Of a stretch of DNA of 40,017 bases, positions 1 through 7,324 are shown in pieces. Each line of letters opens with the position of its first letter. Positions within the stretch are counted from its first letter, which is position 1. The notes under the pieces are model-generated. The model searched no databases. It had not been told where the DNA came from and was given only the letters and a program-made list of their open reading frames with translations. This DNA is from a virus (taxonomy: Duplodnaviria; Caudoviricetes). The stretch is taken from IMG/VR virus record IMGVR_UViG_3300037482_000312, positions 1 to 40,017 of that record; one strand, 5' to 3'. Position numbers and translations under genes: made by a program.

Positions 1-333
1 GTCACGCGGGGGCTTGCGGGGACTGTAAGCGGTGTGGCGGCCGTCGCCGGGAACCTGGAGATGTCGCTGAGGCTGGCCGGGGTGTCCGCCGGTGGGGCGA
101 CGGTGACGGGGGAGCTGTCGCTGAGCATCGTCCTGGCGGGGCAGAGCTCTGGCGTTGCAGTGGTAGCGGGCAGCCTCACGGTGAACCTCGCAGGGGCTGT
201 CGGCGTGGAGCAGACCGTGGCCTTCGACCTGCGAGGGATGGCGCAGCAGTCGTTCGAGCTGGAGGGCGCTGCGGAGCAGTCGTTTACGCTATCGGGGATG
301 GCAGAGCAAGCGTTCGATCTGGAGGTGGTCTGA
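1..333 (+). CDS. C-terminal part of repeat-rich virion/tail-associated protein (continues the ORF starting at 38992 across the circular junction)
   Basis: Bases 1-99 are identical to 39823-39921 and in the same frame; LAGxxxGxAxVxGxLTV-type repeats continue. Confidence 0.8.
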   Translation, partial: VTRGLAGTVSGVAAVAGNLEMSLRLAGVSAGGATVTGELSLSIVLAGQSSGVAVVAGSLTVNLAGAVGVEQTVAFDLRGMAQQSFELEGAAEQSFTLSGMAEQAFDLEVV

Positions 334-686
334 TGCCGCAGCTGATCAACGGCGGGATCCCGTTCACGGCGGGGAACACCTGGGTGATGATCGTGACGCT
401 GAAGCGCGCCGGGGTAGCGGTGGACGTGACGGGGGCGACGCTCACAGCGAGCGCGAAGCGGCAGGACCGGGACTCACCGACCATGGCGAACCATGCCGTG
501 GTGCTGACGACGCCGGCGAGCGGGATCGTGACGCTGACGGTGATCCCGGCGGAGAGCACGCTGCTGGACCCGGGCGTATGGCTGGCGGACTTCAAGGTGG
601 TGTACGCGGACGCATCCGTGGAGCACTTCGCGGGGAACGACGGGCAGCCGTTCCGGTTCAACGTGAGAGCGCCGGTGACGGTGTGA
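333..686 (+). CDS. BppU-N-like Ig-fold virion protein
   Basis: 117 aa; GNTW..VTL...VDVTGAT..., G.VTLT..., G.W.ADFKV pattern; GGAGG RBS, TGATG overlap. Confidence 0.6.
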   Translation: MPQLINGGIPFTAGNTWVMIVTLKRAGVAVDVTGATLTASAKRQDRDSPTMANHAVVLTTPASGIVTLTVIPAESTLLDPGVWLADFKVVYADASVEHFAGNDGQPFRFNVRAPVTV

Positions 687-904
687 GGAGGGAAGAGGGA
701 AGAGGGAAGAGTGAAGAGGAGAGGCTGGACGTGTTCGCGGGGGTGCACGCGGACCTGGAGGAGCGGAACCGGAAGGGATGGGAGAGCTACGGGGGGCCGC
801 TGGAGGCGCACAACGGGCGGGACCCGTTGCGGGAGGCGTACGAAGAGGCGCTGGACCTGGCGGTGTACCTGCGGTGGGCGTTGATGGAGCGCGCGGGCGA
901 GTGA
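683..904 (+). CDS. small conserved phage protein, possibly MazG/all-alpha NTP-pyrophosphatase-like
   Basis: GTGA overlap start; motif RNRKG...YG.PL..HNGRDPLREAYEEALDLAVYL. Confidence 0.55.
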   Translation: MRREEGRGKSEEERLDVFAGVHADLEERNRKGWESYGGPLEAHNGRDPLREAYEEALDLAVYLRWALMERAGE

Positions 905-958
905 AGAGGGAAGAGGGAAGAGGGAAGAGGGAAGAGGGAAGAGCGGAGAGGGAAGAGA

Positions 959-1135
959 CTAGCGAAACTGCTCGGGGGTCTCTCGTTGGCGGGGCTCGAG
1001 GTGGGGCGTAGGGTTCCGGAAGCAATCGGGGCAGAGGCGGGTGCCGCCGATGCGGAAGAGCACGGGGCTAAAGGCGCCACAGCGGCGGCAGCGGTATTCC
1101 TCCCGGGTGTGCCGGCGAACGCGCGTAGCCATCAT
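959..1135 (-). CDS. small Zn-finger protein A (CxxC...CPxC, ends PEQFR)
   Basis: MMATRVRRHTREEYRCRRCGAFSPVLFRIGGTRLCPDCFRN...PEQFR; extended -10 (TGcTACGCT) just upstream suggests a leaderless transcript. Confidence 0.65.
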   Translation of the reverse strand: MMATRVRRHTREEYRCRRCGAFSPVLFRIGGTRLCPDCFRNPTPHLEPRQRETPEQFR

Positions 1136-1145
1136 GGGATCAGCG

Positions 1146-1161
1146 TAGCACGGCGGTGCTA
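1146..1161. promoter_or_regulatory. palindrome TAGCAC-N4-GTGCTA overlapping the extended -10 of Zn-finger gene A
   Basis: Perfect 6-bp inverted repeat; minus strand reads TGCTACGCT about 6 nt before ATG 1135. Confidence 0.4.
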
Positions 1162-1182
1162 TCAAATGTGTAGTGGCGGGCG

Positions 1183-1473
1183 CTACTCGGGGATGAGGGC
1201 GGCGGCTTCGCCGAGGACGCGGGTAGCGGTCTGGAGCGCGCTGTTGGCCTGGTTGACCTTCTCGGTGTCGAGCTCTTCGACGCCTTCGCGCATCAGCTGC
1301 ATGGAGGTGACCATCAGGTTGAGGCTGGCGGTCCACTTCTCGTGCATCGGGTTGAAGCGTTCCGAAGGCGAGGTGGACTCCAGCCCGAGAACGGATGCCG
1401 CTTCGATGTCGTCGATGACGGCGAACATCTCGCTTCGCCAGGTCGCGTCGAGGAGGTCCGGTCCCGAGGCCAT
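1183..1473 (-). pseudogene. helical protein, probably a 5'-truncated fragment
   Basis: Protein-like helical sequence (WRSEMFAVIDDIE...MHEKW...LMREGVEELDTEKVNQA), no RBS, in-frame stop at 1540-1542 inside the opposite-strand gene. Confidence 0.45.
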
Positions 1474-1669
1474 GAGGAATGGGACGCTGGAGCGGCACTG
1501 TTGCGGGCGCTGCAAGGCGCGGACGCGGACGCTCTTCGATTACCCGGTGGGTGCGAAGCGCCTGCGGGTGTGCCCGCGATGTTGGGTGGGGCTGGTGAGC
1601 CGGCCGCACCGGCCGTCGCCGATGGCGGTGTCGCGGCGCGAGGTGGATGTGCCTGAGCAGTTCCGCTAA
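1472..1669 (+). CDS. small Zn-finger protein B (CxxC...CPxC, ends PEQFR), paralog of 959-1135
   Basis: MRNGTLERHCCGRCKARTRTLFDYPVGAKRLRVCPRCW...VPEQFR; AGGAGG at 1451-1456 (long spacing). Confidence 0.6.
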   Translation: MRNGTLERHCCGRCKARTRTLFDYPVGAKRLRVCPRCWVGLVSRPHRPSPMAVSRREVDVPEQFR

Positions 1670-1689
1670 TGGGGTCCGGCGCCTGCCGG

Positions 1690-1893
1690 TCAGCCCCGCA
1701 CGGTTGCGAGGCCCAGCGTCTCCATCTCGGCCTGCAGGGCATCATCGCCGGCATCGGCGCGGGCCCGTGCGATGTCATGCAGCCGGCTCAGCAGATCGAG
1801 GTAGGGCCCCAAGGATAGGCCCCGGGCTGCCGCCGCGCGCTTCAGACGGGCGACCGCCGCTTCATCGATATTGCGAACATTCAGGGTAGCCAT
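1690..1893 (-). CDS. FitA/Arc-like ribbon-helix-helix protein
   Basis: MATLNVRNIDEAAVARLKRAAAARGLSL is a typical FitA-type RHH start; GAGGA RBS. Confidence 0.8.
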   Translation of the reverse strand: MATLNVRNIDEAAVARLKRAAAARGLSLGPYLDLLSRLHDIARARADAGDDALQAEMETLGLATVRG

Positions 1894-1975
1894 CTCAATC
1901 TCCTCGCGGTTGGTCCGCGTGTAGTGTTGGGATGTTTCCCGCGACGCCTCTCGGCGTTTCGCCGTTACCGGCTCT

Positions 1976-2278
1976 TCAGGCGGGGATCTCCCACGAGCAC
2001 TCCCATCCGAACTCGCATGGGTAGAGAGTATTGAGCTGGCGCTCCACATAGCCGAACAAGCGGCCCGGGCTGTAATCGACAGCGGCTAGCGTTGCGCCCT
2101 GGCGATAGTCATTGTCCTTCGCGAGGTGCTCGGGGGAATGGACGTTGCAGCGAATAATGCGAGTGGGCGGGCCATAGGGGTTCTGTTGGCGGCCCCACAG
2201 GGTGCGGCTCACGATGGCGCCTTCGCCATGCTGCAGGTCGATCGACAGGTCGATGGTTTCGTAGGTCGTGGTTGCCAT
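1976..2278 (-). CDS. hypothetical protein (100 aa)
   Basis: AGGAG RBS and a near-consensus promoter directly upstream. Confidence 0.75.
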   Translation of the reverse strand: MATTTYETIDLSIDLQHGEGAIVSRTLWGRQQNPYGPPTRIIRCNVHSPEHLAKDNDYRQGATLAAVDYSPGRLFGYVERQLNTLYPCEFGWECSWEIPA

Positions 2279-2305
2279 GGCTGATCTCCTCTGTGGTGTA
2301 TCTCC

Positions 2306-2334
2306 AGAATACGCGCGGATACAGCGGGTGTCAA
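2306..2334 (-). promoter_or_regulatory. sigma70-type leftward promoter
   Basis: Minus strand TTGACA (2334-2329), 17-bp spacer, TATTCT (2311-2306). Confidence 0.8.
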
Positions 2335-2679
2335 GCGTGTTTTCGGTGGAGTTTTGTGAAGATTTCGACATGCGAGGGCTCAGGTTTGGGCCACCTCGCC
2401 GAGCGAGGATGGCGAGAAGAGGCCGCATCGGGTGGCTCCTGGAGCGGGATGGGCGGGGAGTATGGCACATCGGGTGGCGTTTGTGTGAAGAAAGCCACAA
2501 CACGACACAATCTGTCGCGCTGGGGGACATGGGAGGGTGGCCCCACCGGTTGACGTGCACGTTATAGTGCCGGGCAGGTGGGGCACGAGGAGGAACCGGA
2601 GAGATGCCGGTCTATGTGATGGTGTTCGAAAAGGGCGACGCGCTGACGCAGGACGAGATAGCGCGGTTGCTGGCGGCGG

Positions 2680-3060
2680 TCAGGGAGTGTGGGGTGGTGG
2701 TTCGGGACGGTCCGCGCGATATCGCTCACGAGCTTCGAGAAGTGCTCCTCTGCCTAAGCGAACAAACGCCGCCAGTAACTGTGGGTCGATTTCCTCCAGG
2801 GCGTCCAGGAGCTCCCGCGGAATCTTCCGCTGCTGTCGGCTGAGGCCGATCGGATACCCCATTGCTTCGATGAGTTCCCCCGGCCGGAGGGTCCGGAGGA
2901 TGTGCGTCAACCCGACGAAAAGCTCCGGGCTGATGCGTACACGTTCGTTCTCAATCCGCGACACCATTGACGGGTCGACGTTCAACTTGTCGGCAAGCTG
3001 AGGCTGAGACAGCCCTTCGGCTTCCCGTGCCTCGCGGATCAGCCGGCCATATCCTGCCAC
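2680..3060 (-). CDS. XRE-family HTH repressor (CI-like)
   Basis: GRLIREAREAEGLSQPQLADKLNVDPSMVSRIEN is a canonical HTH_3; divergent from early operon; GTG start at 3060 inferred. Confidence 0.85.
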   Translation of the reverse strand: MAGYGRLIREAREAEGLSQPQLADKLNVDPSMVSRIENERVRISPELFVGLTHILRTLRPGELIEAMGYPIGLSRQQRKIPRELLDALEEIDPQLLAAFVRLGRGALLEARERYRADRPEPPPHTP

Positions 3061-3093
3061 GCCGAAAAATGTACGAGTTTTTTCGTGTAGAGC

Positions 3094-3144
3094 GTGCACA
3101 GGGGGTTGACAGCGCAGTGCACAGCCTTCATAGTTCTGTGCACA
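3094..3144 (+). promoter_or_regulatory. early rightward promoter with three GTGCACA operator-like boxes
   Basis: TTGACA 3106-3111, 17 bp, CATAGT 3129-3134; GTGCACA at 3094, 3117, 3138. Confidence 0.75.
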
Positions 3145-3145
3145 C

Positions 3146-3343
3146 ATGGAAAGAGAAGAAACGGCGGCACGAGGGGTCAGGCTTCCGGTGGAGACCTGGC
3201 GGAGGATTGACGAGGCGGCGGCGGAGCTTGGGATGAAGTCCAACGAGTACCTTCGCCGGCGCCTGACGGGAATAGTGCAGCGCGAAAGCGAACTGCAGAA
3301 CACGCATGGCGACGTGCACGACACGGTGGAGGTGGGGCCGTGA
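3146..3343 (+). CDS. ribbon-helix-helix regulator in the Cro position
   Basis: GVRLPVETWRRIDEAAAELGMKSNEYLRRRL RHH pattern; first gene after PR. Confidence 0.75.
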   Translation: MEREETAARGVRLPVETWRRIDEAAAELGMKSNEYLRRRLTGIVQRESELQNTHGDVHDTVEVGP

Positions 3344-3585
3344 CCGGACGTAAGGACCCGCGAATGGTGAGCCGGTCGGCGATGCGAGAGACGTTGCTGG
3401 ACGCGTTCGAGGACGTGGGGGAGATGGTGGCGGGGCAGCTCGAGCAGATGCAGGCACTATTGCGGTTCCGGCGTGACGTGGAGCGGGCATGGGAGGAGAT
3501 GGGGTTAGGAGAAGCGCCGGAGATGGAGATCAGCGCGCGGATGACAGGGTTGTTGGAGCCCCGTGAGAAGGAGCGTGCGTCGTGA
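3340..3585 (+). CDS. hypothetical protein
   Basis: GTGA-coupled, GGAGG RBS. Confidence 0.65.
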   Translation: MTGRKDPRMVSRSAMRETLLDAFEDVGEMVAGQLEQMQALLRFRRDVERAWEEMGLGEAPEMEISARMTGLLEPREKERAS

Positions 3586-3803
3586 GCGCGGGAGTGCGGC
3601 ATGAGTGGCGCCAGCTCTTCGCGGATGAGATGGAGGAGCACCTGGCGACGCTGGCTGCTCCGAGGATGCAGGCGGCAATCCTGGCGATCGAGGCGAGGCA
3701 GCTGGCGGCGCTCCTGGAGCCATTGACGGCGGCGGACCGGCGGGAGCTGTGTGAGTACGCGGCGATGATGGCGGCGAAGCGGGTGGCGGAGCGTGCGTCG
3801 TGA
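3582..3803 (+). CDS. hypothetical protein
   Basis: GTGA-coupled at both ends, AAGGAG RBS. Confidence 0.65.
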   Translation: MSAGVRHEWRQLFADEMEEHLATLAAPRMQAAILAIEARQLAALLEPLTAADRRELCEYAAMMAAKRVAERAS

Positions 3804-4189
3804 GTGAGGAGCGGAGAGCGGAGAGCGGCTACCGGGCGTGGACGGAGGAGGAGATGGTGCGGCAGGCGGACCTGCTGGCGGCCACGTGTCCGCACATTGG
3901 GATGGGTGTGCATTCGTGCTGTGATGCGGTGGCCTCATTCATCGCAGGCGTGCTCCTCGAGGGCGAGCCGCGGTGCGTGCTGTGCGGATGTACGGCTGAG
4001 GATGCGTGCGAGGGCGGGTGTTCGTGGGTGGAGGACCCGCAGGGGCAGATGCGGGAGGTGTGCTCGCGCTGCGGTCCGTGGTTGCAGCTGATCGGCATGC
4101 TGCGGGCGGAGGGAGTGACGACCATCACGACCCCTGGAGGGGGTGTATTCGAGATCGAAGGAGCCGGCGTAGTGGGGGGTTGGTCGTGA
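3800..4189 (+). CDS. Cys-rich Zn-binding phage protein
   Basis: CVLCGCTAEDACEGGCSWV...CSRC motif; N-terminus duplicated from the next gene. Confidence 0.65.
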   Translation: MSEERRAESGYRAWTEEEMVRQADLLAATCPHIGMGVHSCCDAVASFIAGVLLEGEPRCVLCGCTAEDACEGGCSWVEDPQGQMREVCSRCGPWLQLIGMLRAEGVTTITTPGGGVFEIEGAGVVGGWS

Positions 4190-4280
4190 GTGAAGAGCGG
4201 AGAGGGAAGAGCGGAGAGCGGAGAGCGTGGAGAGCGTGGACGGAGGAGGAGATGGTGCGGCTGGCGGACCTGCTGGCGGC
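3836..4280 (+). repeat. 47-bp direct repeat (3836-3882 and 4234-4280, 1 mismatch)
   Basis: gcgtggacggaggaggagatggtgcggc(a/t)ggcggacctgctggcggc. Confidence 0.9.
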
Positions 4281-5064
4281 GGGGGAGAGCCATGCGGCGA
4301 TCGCGGAAGAGCTGGGGCGGTCGTACGAGGCGATCCGGCTGCGGGCCAGGCGGGTGCTGAGCCCGGTGGACGGGTGGAAGCCGGGCTGGGGGAAGCGGCC
4401 GATGGGTGTGGCGCGGTACTGGACCCGGGAGCGGGTGCTCGCGGGGTTGCGGGCGTTCGCCGCGGCGAACCCGGGTCCGGTGCCGTGCGCGTGCCGCGAG
4501 TATGCCCAGATGAAGAAGGGTCACATGGAATGGCCGACGGCGGGGATGGTGCTGCTGCAGTTCGGGACGATGCCGGACGCGTGGGCTGAGGCGGGGGTGT
4601 CGCGGGCGCGGTATCACCGGAGCTGGGTGGAGTGGACGCAAGACGACGACGACTACCTGCTGGAGCGAGCGGGATCGATGACGCTGAAGATCATCGCGAA
4701 GAAGCTGGGGAGGACCTGGCCCGCGTGCAAGAGGCGGTTGTACGACCTGGGGGCAGGGCGGGCGCGTGACGTTTCCGGGTACATGTCGGCGATGCAGGTG
4801 GCGCAGGAGTACAGGTGCCCGCTGAGCCGGGTGACGAGTCTCATCGCGAGCGGGGCGCTGCCGGCGCGCAAGGTACTGGGCGGGCATTACTGGAGGATCG
4901 ACCCCGCGGACTGCGAGGCGATCGCGGGGACATTGCGCGCGCCGAAGCGGCGGAGTTACCAGGGGACGCCGCCGGACATGGGGGATTACGACCGGCGGTA
5001 CGGGTACCGGAGGATGATCGTGAACGGGCGGATGGAGCGCGTGCCGGTGGGGAGGGCGTCGTGA
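4186..5064 (+). CDS. multi-domain DNA-binding protein: Myb-like W-repeats, homing-endonuclease-associated-repeat-like domain, C-terminal excisionase-like HTH_17
   Basis: WTEEE..LGRS, WTQDDD..LGRT; WTRERVL...FGT...AG; MSAMQVAQEY...IASGALPARK...WRID. Confidence 0.7.
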   Translation: MSEERRGKSGERRAWRAWTEEEMVRLADLLAAGESHAAIAEELGRSYEAIRLRARRVLSPVDGWKPGWGKRPMGVARYWTRERVLAGLRAFAAANPGPVPCACREYAQMKKGHMEWPTAGMVLLQFGTMPDAWAEAGVSRARYHRSWVEWTQDDDDYLLERAGSMTLKIIAKKLGRTWPACKRRLYDLGAGRARDVSGYMSAMQVAQEYRCPLSRVTSLIASGALPARKVLGGHYWRIDPADCEAIAGTLRAPKRRSYQGTPPDMGDYDRRYGYRRMIVNGRMERVPVGRAS

Positions 5065-5363
5065 GGAGCGGAGAGGGAAGAGCGGAGAGCGGAGCGCCGA
5101 TGGTGACGATCCTATCGGCACATTGCGAGGTCTGCGCGGCGCAGCATGGTGGGTGGTGGCCTTCAGCCTCCAGTACGAAGCGGTGGTTACAAATGCTGCC
5201 TACCAACGATGACGTATCACCCTGGCCTCAGTCATGTGAGCTGGCTTTTATCGAGCAGGATTGGCGGTGTGGTGGGTTCCGTGGTGCAGGCACACCATGT
5301 GACGGGCGGATCGTGTTTGCGCTGGCGGGCGTGAGCCAGGAAGCGGCGGAGGTGGGGTCGTGA
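5061..5363 (+). CDS. Cys-containing hypothetical protein (alternative start 5100)
   Basis: GTGA-coupled; CEVC...; core appears lower in GC than neighbours. Confidence 0.5.
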   Translation: MRSGEGRAESGAPMVTILSAHCEVCAAQHGGWWPSASSTKRWLQMLPTNDDVSPWPQSCELAFIEQDWRCGGFRGAGTPCDGRIVFALAGVSQEAAEVGS

Positions 5364-5647
5364 CACGGGTGGCGGGGCCGATGCGTATCGGCGCGACGTG
5401 GGGGCACCGGTTGGGGCTGGGGGTGCCGGAGGACTGGGCTGTGGCGTGCCGTGGCGGGGATTGCGACGGGACGCCGGCGTTCACGGCGACGTGGTGGGAG
5501 AAGATCCGGGCGACCAGGCGCCATCGGCCGGGGGACGTGAGGCAGAGGCAGCGGGCGGCGTACCTGTGCCGGGAGCACGGGCGGACGTTCGCGGCGGCGT
5601 ACGGGCTGGCGTTGCCGGGCGAAGCGCGCCAGGAGGCGCTGCTGTGA
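5360..5647 (+). CDS. hypothetical protein
   Basis: GTGA-coupled, GGAGG RBS; C..C / LCxxH residues. Confidence 0.55.
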   Translation: MTRVAGPMRIGATWGHRLGLGVPEDWAVACRGGDCDGTPAFTATWWEKIRATRRHRPGDVRQRQRAAYLCREHGRTFAAAYGLALPGEARQEALL

Positions 5648-6132
5648 GCTACCGATACACCCCCCCGTCGGCGACGCCGAGCGCGAGCCGGCGGGACATC
5701 GAAACGGAGTTCCGGCGATGGAACCAGCAGGCCGATGCGGTGGTGATCACGGACTTCGACCTGCCGATGCAGCGCGCCGGGCAGACGGAGGCGCTGGTGG
5801 TGTTCCTGCTGCGCGGGCAGCAGGTGCGGGTGCGGATCGACGCGTGGGCCGACTTCGCGACGAACCTCCGCTGTGCCTACCTGAACATCCGGGACATGCG
5901 CCTGGCAGAGGCGCGCGGGTCGCTGGATGCGATGCGGGAGACGTTCATGGCGCTGCCGGCGCCGGCGCACGCGCGGGACCCGTGGGAAGTGCTGGGTCTG
6001 CGCAGTGATGCGGACGCAGAGTCGATCGAGGCGGTGTACCGGGCGAAGGCGAAGCGTCTGCACCCGGACGCCGGCGGCAGCGAGGAAGAGTTCAAAGCGC
6101 TCCAGGCGGCCTACGAGGCCGTGAAGCGATAA
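5644..6132 (+). CDS. J-domain (DnaJ-type) protein
   Basis: C-terminal DPWEVLGL...YRAKAKRLHPDAGGSEEEFKALQAAYE with intact HPD; AGGAGG RBS. Confidence 0.9.
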   Translation: MSYRYTPPSATPSASRRDIETEFRRWNQQADAVVITDFDLPMQRAGQTEALVVFLLRGQQVRVRIDAWADFATNLRCAYLNIRDMRLAEARGSLDAMRETFMALPAPAHARDPWEVLGLRSDADAESIEAVYRAKAKRLHPDAGGSEEEFKALQAAYEAVKR

Positions 6133-6134
6133 CG

Positions 6135-6169
6135 AAAACGAGCCCCGGCGCCAGCAACGCCAGGGCTCG
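6135..6169 (-). terminator. GC-rich hairpin with A-tract on its left (terminator-like for the minus strand)
   Basis: AAAA then CGAGCCC-cGGCG...CGCC-aGGGCTCG. Confidence 0.45.
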
Positions 6170-6196
6170 CAAGTGACGCCTGATAAGGAGGCTGTC

Positions 6197-6588
6197 GTGA
6201 GCATTATAGAGGAAAGAGGGAAGAGGGAAGAGGGACGAGGGCCCGCAGCCATCCCCTCCCCGGCGCCGATGCCGCCGCCGGCGTGGCTGGGGTTGAGCTT
6301 CGCGGGGGTGATCTCGGCGTGGAGCCACCGGAGTTTCGGGGTGTACGTGCCGAACCAGGCGATGAAGGGGCTGATCGCGCATTTGGACGCGTGGCTGGCG
6401 GACGTGTCGCAGGGGTCGACGGTGGATGGGGAGGTGGCGGGGTGGCTGGCGGCGACGTGGGGGGAAGAGGGAAGAGGGAAGAGGGAAGAGGGAAGAGCGG
6501 AGAGGGGAGAGCGGAGAGCGACGCGCTACCGGCTGACTGAGGATGGCCTGGCGGCCCTCAGAGCGGAGATCGCCGGGGGTGAGGCGTC

Positions 6589-6592
<4 letters not shown>
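6197..6592 (+). CDS. hypothetical protein with two heptamer tracts
   Basis: AAGGAGG RBS 6185-6191; YRLTEDG wing-like motif near the C-terminus. Confidence 0.55.
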
Positions 6593-6890
<298 letters not shown>

Positions 6891-6894
<4 letters not shown>

Positions 6895-7103
6895 ACTGGC
6901 AGGGGTACCCGGTGGAGGTGACGACGCCGCGGCGGACGTTCGCGCTGCACAGCGACCTGGACCACGGGCGGATGGTAGCGAGCTGCCGTCACCCGGAGAA
7001 GCTGGCGTTCCGGCCGTTGAACGCGGGGCCGCTGGTGCGGGCGTGTGCGGGGTGCCTGACGCTGGCGTTGGCGGGCCCGGTAATGAGAGGGCGGACATGG
7101 TGA
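6891..7103 (+). CDS. hypothetical protein
   Basis: ATGA-coupled; CxH...CxxC. Confidence 0.5.
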
Positions 7104-7225
7104 TCGCGATCATGTTGCTGTTCATCTTTCTGAGCGGGGCCTTCCTGGGGATCGGGGCGATGTCGCTGGTTGCGCATTGGCGGGAGCGGCGGGAACTCCG
7201 CGCCCGGGTGCGGTGGAGGCGATGA
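7097..7225 (+). CDS. small membrane protein
   Basis: MVIAIMLLFIFLSGAFLGIGAMSLV hydrophobic helix plus basic tail. Confidence 0.6.
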   Translation: MVIAIMLLFIFLSGAFLGIGAMSLVAHWRERRELRARVRWRR

Positions 7226-7323
7226 TGCTGCACCTGCTGGCAGAGGGGGTACTGGCAATCGCGGCGGTGGCGACGTTCGTGTTCGTGGTCGTCGACGGCA
7301 TCAACAACGGGGACTGGCGATGA
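7222..7323 (+). CDS. small membrane peptide (33 aa)
   Basis: ATGA-coupled, GGAGG RBS, single hydrophobic helix. Confidence 0.5.
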   Translation: MMLHLLAEGVLAIAAVATFVFVVVDGINNGDWR

Positions 7324-7324
7324 G

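Noticed and set aside
1-99. Biological direct terminal repeat
   Set aside because: The exact 99-bp overlap lies mid-gene and is not at the very end; it fits an assembly k-mer overlap, and the terminase looks cos-type.
899-957. Heptamer tracts as sequencing or assembly artefacts
   Set aside because: Units vary among loci, mix within tracts and preserve reading frames, which argues they are real; read support should still be checked.
986-1669. Single 227-aa ORF (+) and the 216-aa ORF 959-1609 (-) as listed in the track
   Set aside because: Only their C-terminal 58-65 aa look protein-like; the upstream parts are antisense to other ORFs.
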